From the IMG/VR virus record IMGVR_UViG_3300035016_000040: a stretch of DNA of 53,915 nucleotides; one strand, written 5' to 3'. Made by a program: the position numbers and the translations under genes. The notes under the pieces are model-generated. The model made no database searches. It had not been told where the DNA came from and worked only from the letters and a program-made list of their open reading frames with translations. The stretch comes from a virus (Duplodnaviria > Caudoviricetes). This document shows positions 18,221 through 26,186 of the stretch, piece after piece (position 1 is the first letter of the stretch; the number at the start of each line of letters is the position of its first letter).

Positions 18221-18585
18221 CAGAATTCCCCGATCCCGCCGGCGTCCGGCGACCCGGCGCCCTTGCCGCGTGCCGCCGGCGTTAGTCCCATGTCGTTCAG
18301 CATCTTGTTCAGCATCACGGCCGTGGCCTTCTGCACCTTGAAGAACGGGTTCTCGCCGACGACGCCGTTCGAATGTTTGATGACCGGCCCGAACTGCTCA
18401 ACGTGTCGCGACGCGACCTGATGTGTCGCCCAGGTCCTCACGTAGATGCTGATCATTGCCCGATCGGTCTTGTCGAGACGGCCGGCCGCTTCCATCTCCT
18501 CGATGACGCGCTCCCATTCCAGCAGCGCCTCGCCGTCCAAGTCATCCGGCGCAGCCGGGCGGTTTGTGGTTTCTGTGCTGCTCAC
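18220..18585 (-). CDS. terS: Terminase small subunit (P27-like)
   Basis: APDDLDGEALLEWERV, NPFF, MGLTPAAR. Confidence 0.9.
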   Translation of the reverse strand: MSSTETTNRPAAPDDLDGEALLEWERVIEEMEAAGRLDKTDRAMISIYVRTWATHQVASRHVEQFGPVIKHSNGVVGENPFFKVQKATAVMLNKMLNDMGLTPAARGKGAGSPDAGGIGEF

Positions 18586-19303
18586 CAGTTGGCCTGAATA
18601 CTTCCTGCACCATCCAGCGGCGGTGGAACGCGTACAGCCGGGGACAGCGCGTCAGAACGAACTGTTCAATGTTCTGGCAACTCCGCAGGTTGGCCGACGA
18701 CTCGCACACGTAACGGGCGCCGCCGGTCATGCGGACCACGATCAGCTTGCAGTGGGTCCGGATCGCCTTGACGCGCTGGCCTCGCTTCAGCAGCTCCGGC
18801 ACGACGGCGTCGTAGATCCCGTTCGACGTCTTCTCGAAGTAGTAGGAAACCAACAGCGACACGCGGCGCACGTGACGTTCGTCCAGCATTCCACACAGGT
18901 CAGCGCCGTTCTGCTTGCTGAAGCCGAGCGTCGCCAGGTACAGGTCGGCGATCGCCTCGCCCTTGTGTCGTTCCAGCAGCGCCGGCACCAGGTCAAATAG
19001 CGCGTAGCGCCCGCTGATGATCCCGTGAAGGCTCTGGCCCTCCTTCGGCAGCCGCTTCAAGTGGCGATACGCGTCAGGATTTGATCGGTAATCCAAGAAC
19101 AGCCGCCGCGACGGCGTGCGGATCATCGCCCGGTCCGCAGACAGCTTGGCGGCGACGTCGATCTCGGGATGCGATTCGGTGTCGAAGTCGGGCTCATCGC
19201 CCCACGGCTGCAGCAGGTCCTTGCCGATGTCGTCGACGCTGGCGATGTCCTGAAGGGCGGCCGCGTCGAGCGATCTCACCTGGGCGAACGGGTCGGCGGG
19301 CAT
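18542..19303 (-). CDS. Phospholipase-D-superfamily (single HxK...SAN motif) protein
   Basis: RTHCKLIVV...CESSANLRSCQNIEQF; homolog at 35785..36507. Confidence 0.7.
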   Translation of the reverse strand: MPADPFAQVRSLDAAALQDIASVDDIGKDLLQPWGDEPDFDTESHPEIDVAAKLSADRAMIRTPSRRLFLDYRSNPDAYRHLKRLPKEGQSLHGIISGRYALFDLVPALLERHKGEAIADLYLATLGFSKQNGADLCGMLDERHVRRVSLLVSYYFEKTSNGIYDAVVPELLKRGQRVKAIRTHCKLIVVRMTGGARYVCESSANLRSCQNIEQFVLTRCPRLYAFHRRWMVQEVFRPTGEQHRNHKPPGCAG

Positions 19304-19422
19304 GGGCTGAGTTTTCGTTGCGGGGGGATACCCCCCTCTGCGGACGGTTCACAAAAAATGCGACAGACCACCGTTCGGTCGGGACGGGGTGGGGTCATTT
19401 TTCCTAAAAAGCACCCCCCGGC
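19304..19422 (-). other. Conserved non-coding element at the start of the late operon (candidate cos/pac or late promoter)
   Basis: Ordered blocks CCGGGGG, GACCCC, CCGAA, CATTTTTT, ACCGTC, GGGGGG(C)TATCCCCC shared with 35679..35784. Confidence 0.5.
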
Positions 19423-19446
19423 ACCCCGCCATTCTGGCAGCACGGT

Positions 19447-19488
19447 AAAAAATGCCCACGACGGCGGCACGTTACCCGCCGTCGTGGG
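19447..19488 (-). terminator. Intrinsic terminator upstream of the late operon
   Basis: 13-bp stem CCCACGACGGCGG/CCGCCGTCGTGGG followed by a T6 tract on -. Confidence 0.65.
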
Positions 19489-19661
19489 GCTCCGGAGTGG
19501 GGCCCTCGGCCACGCTGGTAGGGCCGACGCCTACGCAACATGGATCGGACACGCGTGAATCAGGTGGTGGAACGGGTCGCGGCAAAAGCGCTCCCCTCTA
19601 CCTATAAGCGTGAGATTTAAGGTTTCTGTAAACAGCGGCGAACGCGTAGCGCCAATGGCAC

Positions 19662-20420
19662 TTATGATGGCCTACCACTGCGGCCAACCTTCCGCCTGCG
19701 AGCACGTCGACGCCGCCGCCTGCGTGGCTGCTGCTGACGCACGGCCGGCCCGTGCTGTCGCTCAATGGCGCCTTCACGTTCGCGACGGTGTCGCTCGACC
19801 GTGCGCGGGTTTGCGTTGCGCCACGCCGCGTAGATCGCGCTGACGATGTACGGGTTTCCCCTGCCGCCGAGCGTGTCCTGCTCTGGGTCGGCTTGGTAAG
19901 CGCGACGGATGTCGTCGAACACCCGATGGCGATCGTCGCGTGACTCCTGGGCGGCCAGGTAGAGCGCAAGCCGTCCCGGCCGTGGTCCGAGGATGATGTG
20001 CTCGGGCACGTCGTTACGCGCTCGCTGTGACCGAACCGGCTTCGGCTCAGGTAGGCGATTTGCCAGGAAGCTGTGTCGGATGTCGGCCAGCGCCATACTG
20101 ATGGCCGGGATCGTCACGTTACGCAGGACCGCCAGCTCCTGCTGTGAGAACCCGCGCACGTAGTGATCGACCAGGAGCGAGCAGCGTCGGCGGGTGAAGG
20201 TGCTGGTGAGGCGCAGCACGGCGTCGCGGTCTATGGAGAACATCAACGCGAACGAACACCGGCCGTACGGCCATCGGTCCGACGGCATCTCGTAACTGCT
20301 GTCGCCCATGATGCCGCGCGAGTAGTCGATGCCCGGCTTGAACGAGACGCCAATCGCCCTGCGACCATCGGCCGGCCTGTTCGGTTGGTCTCGCGTTGCT
20401 CGTCGTTTGCTGCTTGCCAT
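19662..20420 (-). CDS. Sigma-70 region-4-like HTH protein (putative late regulator)
   Basis: HYVRGFSQQELAVLRNVTIPAISMAL; similar to the C-terminus of 31451..32767 (LPEPKP/LPDPKP). Confidence 0.65.
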   Translation of the reverse strand: MASSKRRATRDQPNRPADGRRAIGVSFKPGIDYSRGIMGDSSYEMPSDRWPYGRCSFALMFSIDRDAVLRLTSTFTRRRCSLLVDHYVRGFSQQELAVLRNVTIPAISMALADIRHSFLANRLPEPKPVRSQRARNDVPEHIILGPRPGRLALYLAAQESRDDRHRVFDDIRRAYQADPEQDTLGGRGNPYIVSAIYAAWRNANPRTVERHRREREGAIERQHGPAVRQQQPRRRRRRRARRRKVGRSGRPS

Positions 20421-20546
20421 TCCTTCTGATTCCTTCGGCGTTGAGGCTACAATCGACGTCGCACCCCGTTGGACTCTGACGTTCCATCATCCGCTTCACC
20501 GCCGCGCGGCAAACGGTCTCTCCCGGCCGGGCGTCGGTGCACGCCC

Positions 20547-20732
20547 ATGAACCTGTCACTTCCCCTCACACACCGGCTGAAGTTCGAAGCTCAGGCCGCC
20601 ACGCTCGGCATCAAGCCCAGCGAGTTACTTCGCCGTTGGATCGATGAGCACGATCGCAGCGAGCGCCTCACGCGCTCCGGGACAGCCGGGCCGGAGTCGT
20701 TTCGGGGCAGCAACCCTCTCCCGTTCACTTGA
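20547..20732 (+). CDS. Small RHH-like hypothetical protein
   Basis: MNLSLP...FEAQAATLGIKPSELLRRWIDE. Confidence 0.35.
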   Translation: MNLSLPLTHRLKFEAQAATLGIKPSELLRRWIDEHDRSERLTRSGTAGPESFRGSNPLPFT

Positions 20733-21018
20733 CGGGGTCCCTTGACTTGCACCGCGGGCTACGCGGACGCGGCGGGCGGGCCAGCTCACCGTAGATCTGC
20801 GGCGCGTCGATCGACGGACCGAGTTCGACACGCGCCCGGCGCGATAGACCCTCAGCAAGCGCCCGGACGGCTTCCTGTGCGGCCCGCGCTAACCGAGCGC
20901 ATCGCGTTTGTCGACCATAACGCGTGGCGGCGGCGGTCTCGACGTCGAGCAGCGCCCTGGCGGCGGTCGTGATTGCGCGGGCGGTCGCGTCGTGAAACTT
21001 TCGGCGATCGTCTGTCAT
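20725..21018 (-). CDS. Hypothetical protein
   Basis: ATG preceded by GGAG in the replication operon. Confidence 0.5.
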   Translation of the reverse strand: MTDDRRKFHDATARAITTAARALLDVETAAATRYGRQTRCARLARAAQEAVRALAEGLSRRARVELGPSIDAPQIYGELARPPRPRSPRCKSRDPVK

Positions 21019-21045
21019 CCTGAGGTACTCCGAAGGATCTCTCCG

Positions 21046-21960
21046 TTATCTCGCGGCGTGCTGGGCGGCTTTTCGCGCCGCTAGAAACGGGACGATCATG
21101 GGCCACTCGCAAAGCTGATAACCGCCCTCCTCGCCCATGCGGCGCAGCAGCTTACCGCCCATGTCGGCGGCGAGGGCTTCAGAGCTGAGGTTTGTGATCA
21201 TCAGCGTCGCCAGTTCATTGCCGTAGCGATGGTCCAGCAGATCGCCGAACACGGCATCCTCGCGCGGCGTTGCACTTCGATCTTGGACCTCGTCTATCAC
21301 CAGCAGGTGAGCGCGCTCGAACTTCCGACGCACCGCCATCTTTCGATCCCAATCGGCGGTGGTGAGCTCGTCGATCATCCGCCGGGCCGTGGTGTAGAAA
21401 GCGTGGCGACCGCGAACCGTGTAAGCGCGGATCAACCCGCTGGCCAGGGCTGTTTTGCCGATACCCCGCGACCCGCCGATCGCGAGGAAGAACGGCGAAC
21501 CGGCAATGTCCGACAGCTTGCGGGCGGCGGCGAGGTAGTCGGGCGGCAGATCCCGGTCGAGCTGTTCCAGGTCGATCGACAAGTATCGCTCGGGCACGCC
21601 CCGCGCCAGCATCGACGCGTTGATGGCCCTCCCTCTCTCCGCGGCGATCTTTTCGTCGTTCTCTGTGGGTGGCGCTGAGCCCAGCACGCTCCGAAGAAAT
21701 GCTTCGTTCATCGTCGGGCGCAGCGGGCGGGGTGCGGTCCGCGCAGCCGGTTCATCGGCCGCCGCCGGCGGGGCATTGGCGAGCCAATCGATCTTGCTGC
21801 GCAGCGTGTCGAGCGTCTCACCCGGCTTGAGCTGCAGCAAGGTCCGCAGCGCGTCCGACCTCATCTCCGCCGAGCTTAGTGACGGGGAGGGCTGGGGTTT
21901 GGTCTTTGTGGAAGCCTCGGCGCGCCTCTTCCTCTTTGCGGGTTTCTTTGAACCGTCCAT
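21046..21960 (-). CDS. DnaC/IstB-like AAA+ helicase loader
   Basis: GVPERY, GGSRGIGKT, LLVIDEV, LDHRY...TLMITNL. Confidence 0.88.
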   Translation of the reverse strand: MDGSKKPAKRKRRAEASTKTKPQPSPSLSSAEMRSDALRTLLQLKPGETLDTLRSKIDWLANAPPAAADEPAARTAPRPLRPTMNEAFLRSVLGSAPPTENDEKIAAERGRAINASMLARGVPERYLSIDLEQLDRDLPPDYLAAARKLSDIAGSPFFLAIGGSRGIGKTALASGLIRAYTVRGRHAFYTTARRMIDELTTADWDRKMAVRRKFERAHLLVIDEVQDRSATPREDAVFGDLLDHRYGNELATLMITNLSSEALAADMGGKLLRRMGEEGGYQLCEWPMIVPFLAARKAAQHAAR

Positions 21961-22744
21961 TGTTGCTCCCGTGATTTGTTCGCGGCTCGAAAATGCCTTG
22001 CCACGTATTCGCGATGCTGGTCTCGATGGCGTCGACCGCCCGTTGCGGCCCCCATCCGGCCAGCTTCTTTAGCTGCTTCTCGGCTGACATTGGCCCGAGC
22101 GGTTTTTTCATCTGCTGGCGGTACTCAATCCACTCGCCCCACGCTTGGCGAAACTCCGACGTGTCGAGCACGGCCGGAATCGGTGCGTTGTCGCATGATG
22201 GTTTTGGTCGCAGCGCGCGGCTGTTGTTGTTCTCTTTGTTGTTCTTTGAGTTGTTCTTAGTTGTTCGGGGGACGGTGCGCGGCCCGGTTGAGGGTCGCTG
22301 AGCGGCCCGGTTGCAGGGTCGCCCACCGTCCCGGTTGAGGGTCGCTGAGCGGCCCGGTTGGCCGCCCCCGTTTTGCTCGGCGTCCGGGACGTTCACCGTC
22401 CCGGTTGAACCGGGCCGCTCACCGTCCCGGTTGGGAACCGACAACCGGCGCAGTACGACGTTGCGACCGTGGCTATCCACCCGCCGCACGAGGATGCCTT
22501 TATCCTCCAGACGCTGCACGGCCTTTCGCGTCCGGTTTAGGTTCTTGCAGCCGACGTCGTCGGCGATCGACTCGATGCTTGGATAAGCGTCGCCAGTGAG
22601 GTAGTCGGATCGCGACACGAACACCAGCAGGACTTTGGATTCCAGCTCGGTCATTGCGTGCAGGTGCGTTCCGTCGATGATCGCCCGCAGACGGTCGAAC
22701 GTGTTGACTTCGATAGTCCGAAACAGCGGCGGTACCTCGTTCAC
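21818..22744 (-). CDS. Phage replication initiator (N-terminal HTH, internal iterons)
   Basis: AYPSIESIADDVGC wHTH; C-terminal AWGEWIEYR...KKPL...SIANTWQGIF; upstream of DnaC-like gene. Confidence 0.85.
   Translation of the reverse strand: MNEVPPLFRTIEVNTFDRLRAIIDGTHLHAMTELESKVLLVFVSRSDYLTGDAYPSIESIADDVGCKNLNRTRKAVQRLEDKGILVRRVDSHGRNVVLRRLSVPNRDGERPGSTGTVNVPDAEQNGGGQPGRSATLNRDGGRPCNRAAQRPSTGPRTVPRTTKNNSKNNKENNNSRALRPKPSCDNAPIPAVLDTSEFRQAWGEWIEYRQQMKKPLGPMSAEKQLKKLAGWGPQRAVDAIETSIANTWQGIFEPRTNHGSNNGRFKETRKEEEARRGFHKDQTPALPVTKLGGDEVGRAADLAAAQAG
22222..22433. repeat. Putative replication origin: six CCCGGTTG iterons plus an adjacent TTGTT-rich tract
   Basis: CCCGGTTG at 22283, 22306, 22330, 22353, 22400 and 22426, several followed by AGGGTCGC; lambda-O-like layout. 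Confidence 0.75.
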
Positions 22745-22799
22745 CTACCTCCGCCCTTCTCCCCCGCCGCAGTTAGATGGCCGTTGAGACAGTGCAGCT

Positions 22800-23117
22800 T
22801 CATAGACCCACCTTGGCCAGGTACGCAGCGGTGCCGTCGTCGGCGACGCCGTTCGGATTCCCGGCCTCACCGACAGGAATCCCAGCTTCGCTCATGCGTT
22901 CGACGAAGCGCCGCAGCGCGGCCTCGCTCGTCACGAGCGTGTCGCCCATGCGGATTGCTTCAAGACGAACGCCCCGGATGCCGCGCGCGTGAAAACGCCT
23001 GATGCTGCTGAAGCTGAACGGCGAGCCCGTCTTTGGGTTGACGAACCAATCGACCTTGCCGTGCGCGACGGCAGACAGCGGGTAGAGAGGCCTTTCGCTC
23101 GCGGGGTCAATGGGCAT
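22800..23117 (-). CDS. DUF1580-like DNA-binding protein
   Basis: RGIRGVRLEAIRMG...TSEAALRRF; GGAGGT RBS; homolog at 28671..28976. Confidence 0.75.
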   Translation of the reverse strand: MPIDPASERPLYPLSAVAHGKVDWFVNPKTGSPFSFSSIRRFHARGIRGVRLEAIRMGDTLVTSEAALRRFVERMSEAGIPVGEAGNPNGVADDGTAAYLAKVGL

Positions 23118-23331
23118 GCGATACCTCCACACGCTCCGCCGGCGCCGTTGCCCCGCACTGCGCTCGCTCTAGAATGGCGGCCTCGACGGCGACGACGTCG
23201 AACAGCAACTGTCGTCCAGCTTTTACGTGAGGCAGTCGGCCAGCTTCGGCTTCGCTACGCAGCCACCCGACCGGCACGCGAAGGCGCCGAGCGAGTTCGG
23301 AAACGTTCGCAAGTCTCGATTGCGATTCCAT
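23107..23331 (-). CDS. Excisionase-like HTH protein
   Basis: LANVSELARRLRVPVGWL...GRLPHVKAGRQLLFD. Confidence 0.75.
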   Translation of the reverse strand: MESQSRLANVSELARRLRVPVGWLRSEAEAGRLPHVKAGRQLLFDVVAVEAAILERAQCGATAPAERVEVSHAH

Positions 23332-23364
23332 TCCCGCATTATGAACTGTGGGCAAAACGCTAGT

Positions 23365-23408
23365 GGGTAGTTAACGGGTAATCAGAAGGTAATCAGAGGG
23401 AAGATCGG
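23365..23408. repeat. 11-bp tandem direct repeats upstream of the xis-like gene
   Basis: GGGTAGTTAAC GGGTAATCAGA AGGTAATCAGA GGGAAGATCGG. Confidence 0.6.
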
Positions 23409-23457
23409 GCGTTTTCTGGCACTTTTCAGATGGAACGGTCAACTGCGGTTGACTGTT

Positions 23458-24450
23458 TCAACCGTTATGGCTGTCCCCGAGCACGCCGCGCCCCTTGTCG
23501 GTCAGGTAGACGCCACCCCGGTCGGTGAGTCGCCGCAGGTAGCCCAGATCAATTAAGCGGCGCACGCGGACCCCGCACGTTTTCGGCGAGCGCCTCACCC
23601 TCGTGGCGAGGTCTACCACCGTCAATGCTGATGGGGATGAAGCGACCGCCTGCAGGATCAATAGATCTTCCTTGTCGATCGCAGGGGCGACGGGCGGTTG
23701 CACGGCGACGGCAGCTGGCGGGTTCTGCTCTTTCGGTAACGGCTCGGCAGCTGCCACCGGACGCGCGGCTTCTAAGTCGCCGTCGATTCGCTTTTCAAAA
23801 GCCTTCAACTCACGGACGAGCGCATTGCGAATTGCTTGGAAATGCTCTTCGAACGCGTCGCGATCGTCATCCGATAGGGAGAACTTGGCCGCCGCGGCTG
23901 CCAAGTAAGCCGACTTGTCTCGCGAGTGGTTGCGGAGCTCAATCTTCCACCCAAGCCAGATGGCTCCCGATATGATCCATGCCGCGTCGTGCGCGCTTTC
24001 ATAGGAGTTGTTCACGTACTGCAACGGCTCGACGTTTACAGATCTGGCCGTGGCCATGAATGCCGCCTCGACGTCGGGATCAGCATCGTCAATGATGCTT
24101 CCGCACCTTTCCCTGAACCAGTCCGATGTAGACCCATCAGCTTCCAGCCAGGACACGAGCGACGATTCGAGCTCATCGTTGAAAGCAAACGTTCGATCTG
24201 GGCCGAGTGCTCTGTCCGTCATCGCGCCGCGAAGCTTGTTGTCAGCGCGGACGACTGCCGAGCTCGCATTAATAATGCTGATCTGGTCGTCGGCTGTCGC
24301 TGCCCTCGCCAGATCGTCGAGTGCCAGCACGAGCTTACGCGCCATTCCAGCCATCGTGGCGAGGCTGCCACTCAGCCACCTACCCCGATGGAAGTACTCA
24401 TTAGCTTGCGCGAAGACGTCGGCTGGAACTTCTCTTGATCTGTCTGACAT
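23458..24450 (-). CDS. Hypothetical protein with a C-terminal winged HTH
   Basis: EDLLILQAV...LTVVDLATRVRRSPKTCGVRVRRLIDLGYL...GVYLTDKG. Confidence 0.7.
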   Translation of the reverse strand: MSDRSREVPADVFAQANEYFHRGRWLSGSLATMAGMARKLVLALDDLARAATADDQISIINASSAVVRADNKLRGAMTDRALGPDRTFAFNDELESSLVSWLEADGSTSDWFRERCGSIIDDADPDVEAAFMATARSVNVEPLQYVNNSYESAHDAAWIISGAIWLGWKIELRNHSRDKSAYLAAAAAKFSLSDDDRDAFEEHFQAIRNALVRELKAFEKRIDGDLEAARPVAAAEPLPKEQNPPAAVAVQPPVAPAIDKEDLLILQAVASSPSALTVVDLATRVRRSPKTCGVRVRRLIDLGYLRRLTDRGGVYLTDKGRGVLGDSHNG

Positions 24451-24574
24451 TGGCAACCTCGCTGGCAGACGGGCCCACGCTGGGCGGCGCGATCGAGGTC
24501 GGATCGTGCCGCCCAGGTGATTTAATCCCGCACGCTGGCCGGCGACGGGAACCCGAACAAGCATCTTACAAAGT

Positions 24575-25039
24575 TCAGCGTGGCAGGCGAATAGGAAGGC
24601 GCGATTTGATCTTCTGCACTTCGTCAGGATCCAGCGACGATTTCCAGAATGAAAGCCACTCATCGACAAGGTCTTGGGGAGCTCTGCCGGTTCGAACGCT
24701 CGCTTGCGCTAGGCTGAATAGCGTCTTCCCGTTCGGCCGCACTTGGACAACCTTCGCCGGGCGCCAGTAAGGCATCGGAGACGCCACATAGCCCACCTTG
24801 AAGAGCATATCTTCGATCCGGCCGGCTTTGGGAGGTGGCTCGGCTACATACTCAGCGAACTCTCTCATAAGTCGCGTGGGCGATCTGTTGGTCATGCTCG
24901 CCGCCGCCTCCAGTGTGACGATATCGTTCCCGTCTGGCTTCAGGCGGTCGTTCCGCCAGCCGACAGGCGTGACGGCGACTCGCAGATCGAAGATGCACAT
25001 CGGCTCGAATTTCGACTTCGATTTAAGGGTGCGCTTCAT
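24575..25039 (-). CDS. Hypothetical protein with two short HTH-like motifs
   Basis: TLEAAASMTNRSP and PNGKTLFSLAQASVRTGR; ATGA overlap with the upstream gene. Confidence 0.6.
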   Translation of the reverse strand: MKRTLKSKSKFEPMCIFDLRVAVTPVGWRNDRLKPDGNDIVTLEAAASMTNRSPTRLMREFAEYVAEPPPKAGRIEDMLFKVGYVASPMPYWRPAKVVQVRPNGKTLFSLAQASVRTGRAPQDLVDEWLSFWKSSLDPDEVQKIKSRLPIRLPR

Positions 25040-25605
25040 CGCCCACCGCCGATCTCGACACGCGCCGCGTCGTTAACGTAGTCGGTTAGCAGTTCGGAAA
25101 ACGTCGACCGGAACAGATCGCGTAGGCGATCGCCGCCGTCGGCGTCGCCCGTCCGTCGAAGCGCTTGCTCGACGGAAAGCACAGTCTTCCCGTTCGGCAT
25201 CACCGGCCAGTCGTACTCGTCGAGCGGCCACAACGGAACGACTACGTTGCCCTCGCCGATCTCGAAAACGATCGGCAATGTCTTAGCATTGATCGCGATC
25301 ACCCTGACGCCAGGCATACCGTGGTCGAGCATAGCGGCCACGTACCCCGGCGGGTCAAACTGCACGCGGATGGCCAGTTCGTAGGCCTCCCGCCGTGTGC
25401 GAACGCCAAGCCCGGCGTCGATTTCGACTTTGCCTGCCACGCGGTAGCCCGTGGCAGTCCGCTCGATCCCATCGAGCTTTTCAAAGACCGACCGGACGTT
25501 GGGGAATCGCAGCTGCAGCGGATACGACCGCTCACTGAGGTCCGGCGAGAACGTAACGGCGTTGCAGGGTTTGCGGCGCGCGGCCGCGGCGAGTACGGTG
25601 CTCAT
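25036..25605 (-). CDS. Hypothetical early protein
   Basis: GGAGG RBS; shares the PNGKT.S..QA..RTG motif with the downstream gene. Confidence 0.6.
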   Translation of the reverse strand: MSTVLAAAARRKPCNAVTFSPDLSERSYPLQLRFPNVRSVFEKLDGIERTATGYRVAGKVEIDAGLGVRTRREAYELAIRVQFDPPGYVAAMLDHGMPGVRVIAINAKTLPIVFEIGEGNVVVPLWPLDEYDWPVMPNGKTVLSVEQALRRTGDADGGDRLRDLFRSTFSELLTDYVNDAARVEIGGGR

Positions 25606-25704
25606 GTTGAGCCTCCACAGAAGGTTCGACCACGCCGTCGGGTGGTTGCACACCGCGACGGCATTTTCGTTTCAAGCCGCACACGTCATGCGACCGACAT
25701 AGGT

Positions 25705-25768
25705 ACTATAACGCGATTGCGTTACATATCAAGCGATCGCTTGATATTCGCTAAATCGATCTTAGGAT
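25705..25768. promoter_or_regulatory. Divergent promoters with palindromic operators (genetic switch of A)
   Basis: Perfect 22-bp palindrome at 25726..25747; TTGATA-N16-TAGGAT on + and TTGATA-N16-TATAGT on -; related palindrome at 25709..25724. Confidence 0.75.
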
Positions 25769-25775
25769 GGTCTCT

Positions 25776-25976
25776 ATGGGTGTCGACACGAACAAGATCC
25801 GCACGCTCCGAATAGCCAAAGGTTTGACGATGGCGGCGGTCGCGCAGCTCGCTGGCATGCGTACAGCTCAGCAATGGAACGGCGTGGAGTCCGGCGAGCG
25901 CAAGAATCCTTCGATCGACACCGTGCAGCGAATGGCGAAGGCGCTCGGGGTCAAGGTAGACGCTCTGCTTAAGTGA
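25776..25976 (+). CDS. XRE-family HTH repressor
   Basis: IRTLRIAKGLTMAAVAQLAGM...VESGERKNPSIDTVQRMAKALGV. Confidence 0.9.
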   Translation: MGVDTNKIRTLRIAKGLTMAAVAQLAGMRTAQQWNGVESGERKNPSIDTVQRMAKALGVKVDALLK

Positions 25977-26145
25977 CGCCCTGGACACCGGTCTTTGACC
26001 GTCGCCGGGCTGAGGGTTAGAACGGGGTTATTCTCCAATTGGAGAACAACCCGTGGAAGTAGGTGGTTCTGGCCGACACCGAAGCCCGCGAGAAAGCCTG
26101 AAAAAGCAGGCGTTTTCCGCTAGGTCGTGATTCCCCCGTGACGCA

Positions 26146-26186
26146 TGACACGCTGGGGGTCACAGGTTCGAGCCCTGTACCGCCCA
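26146..26186 (+). other. att core: 3' half of tRNA-Val(GAC)
   Basis: TGACAC GCTGG GGGTC ACAGG TTCGAGC CCTGT ACCGCCC A gives anticodon loop to discriminator with an intact T-arm; no 5' acceptor strand or D-arm upstream; 118 bp before an integrase. Confidence 0.85.

Larger units (their letters stand above)
1..26186. mobile_element. Prophage A (HK97-like head, siphovirus-type tail); left att lies upstream of the window
   Basis: Integrase at 1..1320, complete terminase-portal-protease-capsid-tail operon on -, initiator plus DnaC, XRE repressor, ends at tRNA-Val 3' fragment. Confidence 0.9.

Noticed and set aside
22283-22433. CRISPR-like array
   Set aside because: Repeats are short, lie inside a CDS, have semi-conserved spacers and no cas genes; better explained as iterons
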